From positions 1 through 26,646 of IMG/VR virus record IMGVR_UViG_3300031566_009901: 26,646 nt of DNA; one strand, 5' to 3'. The notes under the pieces were generated by a model that did not search any database, was not told where the DNA came from, and worked only from the letters and a program-made list of their open reading frames with translations. Shown here piece by piece: positions 18,267 to 26,632 of the stretch; position 1 is the first letter of the stretch, and every line of letters starts with the position of its first letter. The position numbers were made by a program, and so were the translations under genes. The stretch is from a virus (Duplodnaviria > Caudoviricetes).

Positions 18267-19375
18267 CACATAGTACTTTTGAATATTAATGTTATATAAG
18301 AGGCGAGAAATAAATTTACGATGAATTGAGTTTGTGAGGTATAAGAATTGTATTGATTTGTTAGTTTTAAATTATGTAAAACTCTTATTAAAAGGACGTT
18401 TACTTGTTGTTTGAAATATACAGTTGCATTACTTCTTTTCACTGCCATTAAACTTCTAAGATATTTTTCATATTCACTTCCACATAATTCATTTGCTGAT
18501 CTTAACTGTTTTAAATATAGATTTAAAATCATTGAAATATTATCAGAGTATTCCACATTTATCATTTCTTTAGCAATACTTTCAGCAACTGAACTTTTTA
18601 CTTTACTAATTTTCTTCGCTACATCTAATGCTCCCTTATCAATAACCTTATATACAGTTAGTTTTCTGATCGTTTCATCTATTTTAGATTTTCCACGTTC
18701 TAACGATTTATATTGATATGCATTAGAATCTTCATCCCCTATATCATCCTGTGTTTTAATAGATGATCCCTTTTCTTTTGATTTGTAATAATTATTAACA
18801 AAACTTTTGACGCTTTGAGAAATTCTATGTCTAGAAGCTGAAATAAATTCTATGATTCTATCTAAATCCCACTCTTGAATATCCTTTTCATATTTTCTTT
18901 TAACTTCGCCTGATAAATAATATAGACTATTAGCAATAGTTTTTTCACGAACAAACAGATGTGTTCTTGTTAATGTATCAATGGTGTGTCGAAAAATATC
19001 ATCATTACAATATCTCAATTGCTTATACATTAAACGACCATATTGAAAAAACATATAATACGCCATAGTTGTTTTGAAGGCAGCATTGTCTCTATGTAAA
19101 AGAAATAAATGCATAATAACAATTAGAAGATTTGTTGCAGGGTCTTGCCATAATAACCATTTCTCAGCGATGGTTCCTTTATATTGTCTTTTCACAAATT
19201 CTTTAACGTCCTTATCTGTCAGTTTCATCATATTTAGAATTTCATGGTATGCTAATTTAGTTTTTGGATAATAACAAGGTTCAGATAACGCATCAAATTC
19301 TCGTGCCGCAAATCTAGTGATTAACACTTTAAGACCTCTAATATTATAATTAGATTTTTCTATTAACTGTTTCAT
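18263..19375 (-). CDS. Helical basic protein; candidate phiKZ gp68/AR9 gp226-like sigma-like RNAP specificity subunit
   Basis: 370-aa ORF coupled (ATGA) to the wedge gene. Functional call rests only on remembered similarity of YGRLMYKQLRYCNDDIFRHTIDTLTRTHLF and IEFISASRHRISQSVKSFVNNYY...G..I to that family. Confidence 0.4.
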   Translation of the reverse strand: MKQLIEKSNYNIRGLKVLITRFAAREFDALSEPCYYPKTKLAYHEILNMMKLTDKDVKEFVKRQYKGTIAEKWLLWQDPATNLLIVIMHLFLLHRDNAAFKTTMAYYMFFQYGRLMYKQLRYCNDDIFRHTIDTLTRTHLFVREKTIANSLYYLSGEVKRKYEKDIQEWDLDRIIEFISASRHRISQSVKSFVNNYYKSKEKGSSIKTQDDIGDEDSNAYQYKSLERGKSKIDETIRKLTVYKVIDKGALDVAKKISKVKSSVAESIAKEMINVEYSDNISMILNLYLKQLRSANELCGSEYEKYLRSLMAVKRSNATVYFKQQVNVLLIRVLHNLKLTNQYNSYTSQTQFIVNLFLASYITLIFKSTMC

Positions 19376-21855
19376 GAGAATATCCTAATTGCTATATCAT
19401 CTGCTTCAAAGAAGATATATTCTGGACCATATGAAAGTAATTCTTCTTGGGTTAATTCATCTAAATTAAAATTGAAAAAGATACTAGATTCGGGTTTAAT
19501 CAAACGACAATGTTCAACGCCTTCAATCTCTTGAACAACGTCAATAATTTCAGAACGATATAAGAAAGCATTGATGCCAAACCTACTTGTAAAGGCAGCT
19601 ACAACTGCCGTCCTTACTTCCAAAGTTAAGTCACTATTTGATCCTGCATATGTTGAAGACTTGAAAATATCAAGTTCAATTTGTAACGGAATCTCATATA
19701 TAGGAACAACCCATCCTGTTTCACAATAAATATATTTTTTCAACTTATTTGTAACATATACCATCTGCTCAGTTTTTGGTTCATTGTAAGCCCAAGTTAA
19801 TGAAGTTGAATCAGATAATGTAGCAACTTGATCATCTTTTCCTAACCAATCCCCTGTACCATTTAGAATAATATATCTATCACCATCTGTTCCAGACGTA
19901 GGAGGATCCGACAAAATATCTGTTACAGCAGTTATATTTATTTTGTTAAGTTGCATATTTTCCATTAAACCCAATGTATTAGCAAGTTTAAAATTAACAA
20001 AATCTGTTGCCATTTTATAATCTTTAAATTCTAATGTTGTAACTAATATCTGCATCACATTAGCTTCAAAATCAGCTTGATTAATTGAATCATAGTAACT
20101 AGCTTGAATCGCAGGAATATCATAAACAGTATAAGATGTCGAATCATAAATAACATTTGAAAATTCAAAATCATCTAAAGATTTTCTAAATGTAAATAAT
20201 GCAGTATATTGGGAAATAAAAGTTGTTCCATATTTTATAGTAAAATAATATGTTGCTTCGCCTGTTGGTAGAACAGTATAATCAGGTAAGTTTAGTGTAA
20301 AGGTAGAGGATGTAGAATCATTAACCATATTATAAGTAGACCCTGATTCCAATACTTCAACTTTACAGGTCACTGTTTCTGAATCAGTTTCGGTTGATTT
20401 ATAATTTAGTTGAAATTCGGCAGCAGCTCCATTCTTAGTTACAATTAATAAATCTGAATGTAAATCATATTCCGAACCATAGCTTGTAACAAGAGTTGGA
20501 ATTTGTTGAATTTCAGTCATTACATATACATAGTTGGCAACAGAATTTAATAACTCAATTGTCATATCAAATATTGTATAATAATTTTGTCCACCGTGTG
20601 TTAGAACTGTTCCCCTTGGAACTTGCTGAGTTAAAAAATTATACTTAATATTTCTGGCAGGGACAATTACATCCCCATATAGTAAAGTTGAAAATAAACT
20701 TATTTCATTTACTTTAATATCAGAACGCTTTAAAACAGGTAATGAATTTTGTGACAGAGGAGAATCATCAATTATTATATTGGTATTGATATAATCATTT
20801 TCAGTAACAAGTCTTTCTAATGCTGTTATATTAATAATTGCATTTCTTCTAACTTCCTCAATAGATTCTTCATCCACTCCACCAGTTCCAGGTGCCGGAT
20901 TCGTAACTGTATAAGTAACAGCTCGACCTTCGTCGTCTGAGATTCTTGTTTTAAGATCAGTTGTTTTTCCTGTTACAGAACCAGTAATGACATTTCCATC
21001 TGCTCCTTTTGTTAGTTCTGTGGTGACTCTAACTGTTCCGCCAGCTTCAGGTTGATAACCAATTAAACCATTACCGAATTGTAGATTAAATCCTGTATCA
21101 TTTCTTCTTTTGACGTACCCTTTGGTGGTTGATTCCATCAAAAATAAACTACTATACTCTGTATATAGCTCATAACCAGAAGACCCCGGAGGACGAATCT
21201 CAACCACAACATCGGATATTTTTTTAGTTATATCGGTAAATGATACATCAAAATCAAAGAATTGATATATTTGTAAATCCTCAGGAACTTGAAATTCTTG
21301 CTCATCTACCTCAAATTGTTTAAAAGGTAAAACCATTGAAAAATAAATATTTCCTTGGGCATCTGTTGAAGTAGTATAAGGTAGATTATAAATTTTATTA
21401 TCTTCTACAACTGTTATCGTCACATCTGAATTATTTAATACATTAACAGTCGTTTGATAATATGTAGTAAAAGCTATGCTTCCTGCTGATAATGAAAACT
21501 CTTCTGGGATTATAAAAGTTACATTATTTTCTGTAAACTCCAGAGGAATTGTAAATAAAACATTAACATATGCAGCAGATGCTTCTGATGGTTGATATCC
21601 TAAGAACGCAGCTAAATTATAAATGGATCCTGACAGTTGTGCTTTAGTTAAAAAGAATTCCCTATACGATGATATTTGATAAAATAAATTATTGGTTGTC
21701 AGAGTTGATAAGGCTTCAACGACGAAAGCAAGAAATGACGATTTTGTTAAATCAACTTCAGACAACTCCATATATTGAGCAAGAAGCTCAATAATCTTGA
21801 GAGTTGTTTGATCTTTTGATTTATAAACTTGTGATGATACTGATATATCTGCCAT
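19372..21855 (-). CDS. Baseplate wedge protein (T4 gp6/baseplate J-like) with a DUF2793-like insertion
   Basis: FLTKAQL..SIYNLAAFLGYQP, QFGNGLIGYQP, TKGADGN, GGVDEESIEEVRRNA, RLVTENDY, SEIIDVVQEIEGVEH. Confidence 0.88.
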   Translation of the reverse strand: MADISVSSQVYKSKDQTTLKIIELLAQYMELSEVDLTKSSFLAFVVEALSTLTTNNLFYQISSYREFFLTKAQLSGSIYNLAAFLGYQPSEASAAYVNVLFTIPLEFTENNVTFIIPEEFSLSAGSIAFTTYYQTTVNVLNNSDVTITVVEDNKIYNLPYTTSTDAQGNIYFSMVLPFKQFEVDEQEFQVPEDLQIYQFFDFDVSFTDITKKISDVVVEIRPPGSSGYELYTEYSSLFLMESTTKGYVKRRNDTGFNLQFGNGLIGYQPEAGGTVRVTTELTKGADGNVITGSVTGKTTDLKTRISDDEGRAVTYTVTNPAPGTGGVDEESIEEVRRNAIINITALERLVTENDYINTNIIIDDSPLSQNSLPVLKRSDIKVNEISLFSTLLYGDVIVPARNIKYNFLTQQVPRGTVLTHGGQNYYTIFDMTIELLNSVANYVYVMTEIQQIPTLVTSYGSEYDLHSDLLIVTKNGAAAEFQLNYKSTETDSETVTCKVEVLESGSTYNMVNDSTSSTFTLNLPDYTVLPTGEATYYFTIKYGTTFISQYTALFTFRKSLDDFEFSNVIYDSTSYTVYDIPAIQASYYDSINQADFEANVMQILVTTLEFKDYKMATDFVNFKLANTLGLMENMQLNKINITAVTDILSDPPTSGTDGDRYIILNGTGDWLGKDDQVATLSDSTSLTWAYNEPKTEQMVYVTNKLKKYIYCETGWVVPIYEIPLQIELDIFKSSTYAGSNSDLTLEVRTAVVAAFTSRFGINAFLYRSEIIDVVQEIEGVEHCRLIKPESSIFFNFNLDELTQEELLSYGPEYIFFEADDIAIRIFS

Positions 21856-21866
21856 TATTTATTTCC

Positions 21867-22511
21867 TTATATAAAATAAAATCCGCTGTTATTGTCAAAT
21901 AAAGATTGACTTGTACATCTTAATTCTTTATTCTTAGCTAAAAGTTTTGTCATAAATGAAGCATCCTCAACAGTATGAATTTTTTTATCATAATCATAAA
22001 ACGTATATACATCTTCAACCTGTAAATTAAGTTGAGATTCAGTAACACTTTGTTCAAGATGAACTGAAAGCTTCCAAAATAATCTATCCTGGTTAACTGA
22101 CTTTTCTACACCTCCAACATTAAATAGTGGATATGTATTATTTGTCACTCTTAAATATTCTTGCTCCATTTTAATTTTATCATTTGGTAAAGGGGTTATT
22201 CCGTAAGTGCTAGGTATAACAAATGTGGTATGGTTTTCTTTTACATATCCAATATCCTGACCGTCCATTGGAGTATTTATTTCCTCAATATAAAATACGG
22301 GCAATAATAAAACTTTATTCCATCTGACTCCAGAATATTCACCGACTCTATCATAAGATCCAGCAAAAACATGCTCGTCCTCCCAAATAGTTTCCTCTGT
22401 GTCAATATGATAATATGTCGTAAGAAAAGAAATAGCATCTTTACTATAATAATTATATATTAGATTTTGATACTCATGAATATAATTATATATTTTTTCG
22501 TATTTTTGCAT
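21867..22511 (-). CDS. Virion structural protein (possible neck/head-completion protein)
   Basis: 214 aa in the baseplate operon; TYYHID...SGVRWNKVLLLPVF...ITPLPND pattern reminiscent of jumbo-phage neck proteins. Confidence 0.45.
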   Translation of the reverse strand: MQKYEKIYNYIHEYQNLIYNYYSKDAISFLTTYYHIDTEETIWEDEHVFAGSYDRVGEYSGVRWNKVLLLPVFYIEEINTPMDGQDIGYVKENHTTFVIPSTYGITPLPNDKIKMEQEYLRVTNNTYPLFNVGGVEKSVNQDRLFWKLSVHLEQSVTESQLNLQVEDVYTFYDYDKKIHTVEDASFMTKLLAKNKELRCTSQSLFDNNSGFYFI

Positions 22512-22942
22512 TATTGCCCCGTTGAACTTCCATAAGTTAAATCGTCAAATTTTAAATTGAGAGTCCCTTTTTCTCCCTCGTAATCAATAGAAATATCAAC
22601 CTCAAACCCTTTTCTATTTAGAAGCAATCTGATTTGAATATCATTAATGCCTGCTCGATTATCATATCTCAATATTCTGTATTCAATTTCTCTTTTGATT
22701 TGGTCAATGGTTTGATCATCTACAGGTTCAAATACCATTAAATGTAAATCACTTCCATACTCAGGATCGTGAAGATGTGTTCGTCTTGGAGTAATTAGAA
22801 TATTACTCCAAGAAGCAATAATCACATTTAAATTAGTAATTTTTTGGAAATCACCTGCGGATGTGATTTTAGGAAGGAAGTCTCTGAGTCGATTATCAGA
22901 TCCAGTAATATCCTGTCTAAATCTATCTAATAAATTTGCCAT
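22511..22942 (-). CDS. Baseplate wedge subunit, T4 gp25/GPW-like
   Basis: SWSNILITPRRTHLHDPEYGSDLHLMVFEP...IEYRILRYDNR, the typical gp25 pattern. Confidence 0.88.
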   Translation of the reverse strand: MANLLDRFRQDITGSDNRLRDFLPKITSAGDFQKITNLNVIIASWSNILITPRRTHLHDPEYGSDLHLMVFEPVDDQTIDQIKREIEYRILRYDNRAGINDIQIRLLLNRKGFEVDISIDYEGEKGTLNLKFDDLTYGSSTGQ

Positions 22943-22945
22943 TAA

Positions 22946-23161
22946 TTAACCACCCATTCCACCAAGAATTTCTTCGACAACTAATTTTTTCTTTTCCTCT
23001 TCTAAATCGCTTTTCCACTTTAAGTATGAATAAAACCTTTTAACAGGCATTTGAATAACCTGATCGTACGATTGTTTACTCATCTCCATACAAGAGTATA
23101 TATTTTTTTCAAGTTGGTCAATGTACTCGTCTACTAATTTAGATCGAGTACACCATGCGAA
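22946..23161 (-). CDS. gp51-like baseplate/tail assembly ORF, probably expressed as a frameshift extension of the gp26-like gene; not in ORF track
   Basis: Open frame FAWCTRSKLVDEYIDQLEKNIYSCMEMSKQSYDQVIQMPVKRFYSYLKWKSDLEEEKKKLVVEEILGGMGG*; first ATG only at 23089, with no properly spaced SD. Confidence 0.7.
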   Translation of the reverse strand, partial: FAWCTRSKLVDEYIDQLEKNIYSCMEMSKQSYDQVIQMPVKRFYSYLKWKSDLEEEKKKLVVEEILGGMGG

Positions 23162-23930
23162 AAAAATTGCCGACCAGATCTATATTTATAACCGCCTCAT
23201 TACCACAATGTGTACACCCACTTAACATATTCAACTCAATTCCAAATTTACCAAAATGATCTTTATATTCGGCATAAATATATCTTTTATCTTTAGCAGG
23301 AAGAGATCTATATGCATCAATTATATCTTCTCTTTCAGAATAAATAACTGTATCCCCACCGCCTTTTGGATTTTGATAAAACTTTGAAATTATCAAAGTT
23401 TCTGTTATAATATCCAAATTTTTTGTATTATTTCCGCCTGCACCACTTTGCAATCCCATAATTTCATCCCAAAGCGTGGGTTGTTTTATAGTAGCAAAAA
23501 CACCTTCAGAAATAGGTAAAGTAACTTCAACTACTTTTTCTAGAATATTACCTTCTTCATAGAAATTGATATTGAATGTTTCAGATGCTTTAACAGTTAC
23601 AGAATATGGCTTTGTGCAAGAACCACAAGTAACATCATAATTTCGGATATCTTCATAAGTAATATGATAGAGACCATATAACAAAGCATCTCTATCTTTT
23701 AAAGTTGTATTTTTTAACCAAGAATCATAACTGGTGATTGTCTTGGGTTTCTTGACGAATGAATCAAATATACATTTATTCAAATGGTCATTTGCCTTCG
23801 ACGGTGTTAAAAAACTTGCTTTTAAACGTTCTTCTTCTTGAACATTCAATGATCTAACGTGATACGATAAATTTGTTTGAGGTGTAATTACCTCGTATTC
23901 TGGATACTTTACATCAAATCCTTTAAACAT
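23139..23930 (-). CDS. Baseplate hub assembly protein, T4 gp26-like
   Basis: YPEYEVITP...VRSLNVQEEERL, DRDALLYGL, two CxxC pairs (CGSC, CTHC), ends ...GNFFRMVYSI; AAAGGAG SD. Confidence 0.78.
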   Translation of the reverse strand: MFKGFDVKYPEYEVITPQTNLSYHVRSLNVQEEERLKASFLTPSKANDHLNKCIFDSFVKKPKTITSYDSWLKNTTLKDRDALLYGLYHITYEDIRNYDVTCGSCTKPYSVTVKASETFNINFYEEGNILEKVVEVTLPISEGVFATIKQPTLWDEIMGLQSGAGGNNTKNLDIITETLIISKFYQNPKGGGDTVIYSEREDIIDAYRSLPAKDKRYIYAEYKDHFGKFGIELNMLSGCTHCGNEAVINIDLVGNFFRMVYSI

Positions 23931-23973
23931 GAGTTTATCTCCTTTCTATTCTCTTTTTATTTAAGTTACATTC

Positions 23974-24696
23974 TTAAGTTGATGAGCTAATAGTATCACC
24001 ATAAGTTTCAATAAGTTTTGATTTAATTCCGTATACTTGGTCAGATAGACTTTGGCATTTTTCTTTAACCCATGGTTCATGCCATACATAATCGCAATTA
24101 AATTCAATCTCGACATCTAATCTTCCTACTGTTTCCACATCACTTGTAAAAAGGTCTTGTGGATCTTTTGTTGGGAATACTCCATCGTATGCTGCATAAT
24201 ATTCTACTGTTTTTCCATCAGGTGCTGTTGTCCAGTAATACATAACGCAAGCATATGTCGATTTAGTATAACCAGCTCCTTCTTCACCATCAATAAGATT
24301 GGATACACCAGAACGATAATCTCTTATCATTTTGATCCAACCATGCATAATGTTCAGAAGTGGGGTTCCGTTGAACTCTAAGAATTTTACAGAAACAGAG
24401 TTTCCGTAATCAATGTTTCCAGGAACTGACCATTTAATTCCACCAAGTCCTGTAAACTCTACTTTGTTGAGAGTTCCTCCAGGTGGTGTAACCGATAGAC
24501 AGGCAGCCGCTAGAATATTTGCAATCTCTTGTTTAGTCATATTATCTGCATATTGTGGAAGGGAAGCTGGTATCCCTGCAAAATACACAAAGTGATAACC
24601 AGTTAAATAAGGATCTGCTACTCCGGCAATTGTTCCACCGAAGTTTCTGCTAAACCTATTGTTTGGCACCTTCGCAAATGAATTTTTAATACCCAT
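23974..24696 (-). CDS. Tail tube protein (T4 gp19-like)
   Basis: SVTPPGGTL...VPGNIDYGNSVSVKFLE...GWIKMIRD...YDGVFPT...VEIEFNCDY; GGAGG SD. Confidence 0.7.
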   Translation of the reverse strand: MGIKNSFAKVPNNRFSRNFGGTIAGVADPYLTGYHFVYFAGIPASLPQYADNMTKQEIANILAAACLSVTPPGGTLNKVEFTGLGGIKWSVPGNIDYGNSVSVKFLEFNGTPLLNIMHGWIKMIRDYRSGVSNLIDGEEGAGYTKSTYACVMYYWTTAPDGKTVEYYAAYDGVFPTKDPQDLFTSDVETVGRLDVEIEFNCDYVWHEPWVKEKCQSLSDQVYGIKSKLIETYGDTISSST

Positions 24697-24713
24697 TTTA
24701 TAATACCTCCAAA

Positions 24714-25199
24714 TTAATCAACTTTAATTCTCGATCTAATAATTTTCTTAACAGAATCCCAATCTCCATTCGCTATTGTAATTGCTTTGTCGTCAATGTA
24801 AAAGTCTGCATGAAGTTTATCTGATGTAATTCTATCGAAATAAATCTCATTATCATTTAAATAATTTTCAATGTTTGTGATTTGTTTAAGATGATCTCCG
24901 CCCTGTTCTTCCGCATTTTCTTTAGATACTCGGGTTGTGAAAATAATAATCTCAAACCCCAATTCTTTCAGCCAATCTATTGTTTCTTTCGCTCCATCAA
25001 AAGCATCATCGTATATTGAACCATCCTGATAACCTTTTGAATATTTGTGAATTGTACCATCTAAATCAATCATTGCTCTTCGTGTACTATTATCTGCTTC
25101 CGAATAGTATCTTAGAACTTTTTTTTTCTTAGAGGGAGAGTCCATAGGGAATACGGATTCATCATTTTGTATTTTTTCTAAATAATCCGAAACATTCAT
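24714..25199 (-). CDS. HAD-superfamily phosphatase
   Basis: Motif I IDLDGTI, motif II IFTTR, motifs III/IV K.HADFYIDDKA. Confidence 0.85.
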   Translation of the reverse strand: MNVSDYLEKIQNDESVFPMDSPSKKKKVLRYYSEADNSTRRAMIDLDGTIHKYSKGYQDGSIYDDAFDGAKETIDWLKELGFEIIIFTTRVSKENAEEQGGDHLKQITNIENYLNDNEIYFDRITSDKLHADFYIDDKAITIANGDWDSVKKIIRSRIKVD

Positions 25200-25235
25200 A
25201 AATTTTCAAACTCCGTTAAGTAAGCATCAAGTTTA

Positions 25236-25245
25236 TATTTTGTTC
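25236..25245 (-). promoter_or_regulatory. Candidate late promoter motif GAACAAAATA (minus strand)
   Basis: TATTTTGTTC on +; identical 10-mer to 10389-10398; ~37 nt upstream of the first gene of the minus-strand structural operon. Confidence 0.55.
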
Positions 25246-25280
25246 TAATAAACTATGTATATCTCGTTTAAAAATAAGAA

Positions 25281-25300
25281 CTATATATATTAATAATTGA
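25281..25300 (+). promoter_or_regulatory. Candidate AT-rich early/middle promoter (CTATATATATTAATAATTGA)
   Basis: Lies in the divergent intergenic region upstream of the non-structural + unit; single occurrence in the window. Confidence 0.3.
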
Positions 25301-25351
25301 ATAGGAAGGGTTGTGATATTTTTTTAACTAAATTTAATGGAGGTTTTAATT

Positions 25352-25618
25352 ATGGACAAGATTTACAAGGGAGATGTATCAGATAAAGCGAAGTATATTA
25401 TGCAAACCCTCAACGAGAAATGGGATAGGGGGGACAAAACTAACAACACAGGGATTTTACTTGTCGCTGCTATATTAAGTTTAGTTCTTATGAGTAAATT
25501 TTCTATACTATTTATCGTTACATTATTCGGAGTACAGAGACTCTTATATCATATTAAATTTTTTACCGACGATTCACAAATTCCGGACACAGTCGATGAA
25601 GATTCTAAAGGCGAGTGA
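25352..25618 (+). CDS. Small membrane protein
   Basis: ATG 25352 follows GGAGG (better than 25337); hydrophobic stretch GILLVAAILSLVLMSKFSILFIVTLFGV. Confidence 0.75.
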   Translation: MDKIYKGDVSDKAKYIMQTLNEKWDRGDKTNNTGILLVAAILSLVLMSKFSILFIVTLFGVQRLLYHIKFFTDDSQIPDTVDEDSKGE

Positions 25619-26624
25619 AAACGGAATAAACGTCATAGCAAAATATGACAAATATTATTCAAATGATGATTACCAAATGTACTTCAATACAGAAAGTGGT
25701 TTCGAACTCATTAGAGGGATCAACGGAAAACCCGATCCTTTTTGTTTGGATATGCCTGCATTATTAGACGTGGGTATAATGGGACATTGTAAAAACAAGT
25801 GTGATATTTGTTATCAAGGTCATTATAAAGAAAATCATATGACTTTAGATAATTTCAAATTTATCGTTGATCAATGTCATTCTCACACGAATCAAATTGC
25901 CTTAGGAGGTCGTGGGGATCCAAATCATCATCCAAACTTCAAAGAAATTGTAGAATACTGCCGGAGCAAGCAAGTTGTTCCGAATTATACCACAAGTGGA
26001 ATCGATCTCACAGATGAACAAATCGAAATATCAAAATTATGTGGTGCAGTTGCAGTTAGTGATTATTCAAAAGATTTTACATATGACGCTATTAGAAGAT
26101 TCCAAACCGCAGGGATAAAAACAAATATGCATTTTGTATTTACTTGTAACTCAGCATTTAAAGCGTTCAGTTTTTTAAAAGGACACAACCCTTGGAACGA
26201 TAATGTTGATTTAGATAAATTAAATGCAGTGATTTTTCTATTATTTAAACCTGTTGGTAAAGGATCGTTACATGAAGAATTACGTCCATCCAAAGATCAA
26301 TTACAAACATTTTCTGATTTAGCATTAAACAATAAAGCAATCTCCAAAGTAGGTATGGACAGTTGTCTTGCTAATCACATTGAAGTTCCAAAAAATATGG
26401 AATTTTTTATTACTACTTGTGAAGCAGCAAGACAATCAGCATATATCAGTCCATCTATGGAAATGATTCCTTGTAGCTTTATGGATAAAGAATATTCTGC
26501 TAATCTTCAAAAATATGAATTTGGAAGACATACCATTTTTGCTGTATGGAAATTATTTGATACTTTTCAGCAAGTTAGAATAAAATTAAAATTAAATCCA
26601 AAAAAATGCCCTTTAGGGTATTAG
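25596..26624 (+). CDS. Radical SAM protein with SPASM/twitch-like C-terminus
   Basis: CKNKCDIC (CxxxCxxC), ALGGRGDP, NYTTSG, and C-terminal CEAARQSAYISPSMEMIPCSF...CP. Confidence 0.9.
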   Translation: MKILKASENGINVIAKYDKYYSNDDYQMYFNTESGFELIRGINGKPDPFCLDMPALLDVGIMGHCKNKCDICYQGHYKENHMTLDNFKFIVDQCHSHTNQIALGGRGDPNHHPNFKEIVEYCRSKQVVPNYTTSGIDLTDEQIEISKLCGAVAVSDYSKDFTYDAIRRFQTAGIKTNMHFVFTCNSAFKAFSFLKGHNPWNDNVDLDKLNAVIFLLFKPVGKGSLHEELRPSKDQLQTFSDLALNNKAISKVGMDSCLANHIEVPKNMEFFITTCEAARQSAYISPSMEMIPCSFMDKEYSANLQKYEFGRHTIFAVWKLFDTFQQVRIKLKLNPKKCPLGY

Positions 26625-26632
26625 GAGGACCA

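Noticed and set aside
23130-23166. Canonical -1 frameshift at T TTT TTT
   Set aside because: The -1 frame reaches TAG after 8 codons (SHGVLDLN*), so it cannot reach the gp51-like ORF; only +1/-2 does.
16496-26293. Shadow ORFs 16496-16714, 18411-18716, 19074-19271, 24157-24381, 24413-24595, 26063-26293
   Set aside because: Antisense to motif-bearing genes, with no independent support.
25596-26624. Radical SAM protein as QueE of a 7-deazaguanine pathway
   Set aside because: It is longer than QueE, has a SPASM/twitch-like C-terminus and lies 20 kb from folE2; function left unassigned.
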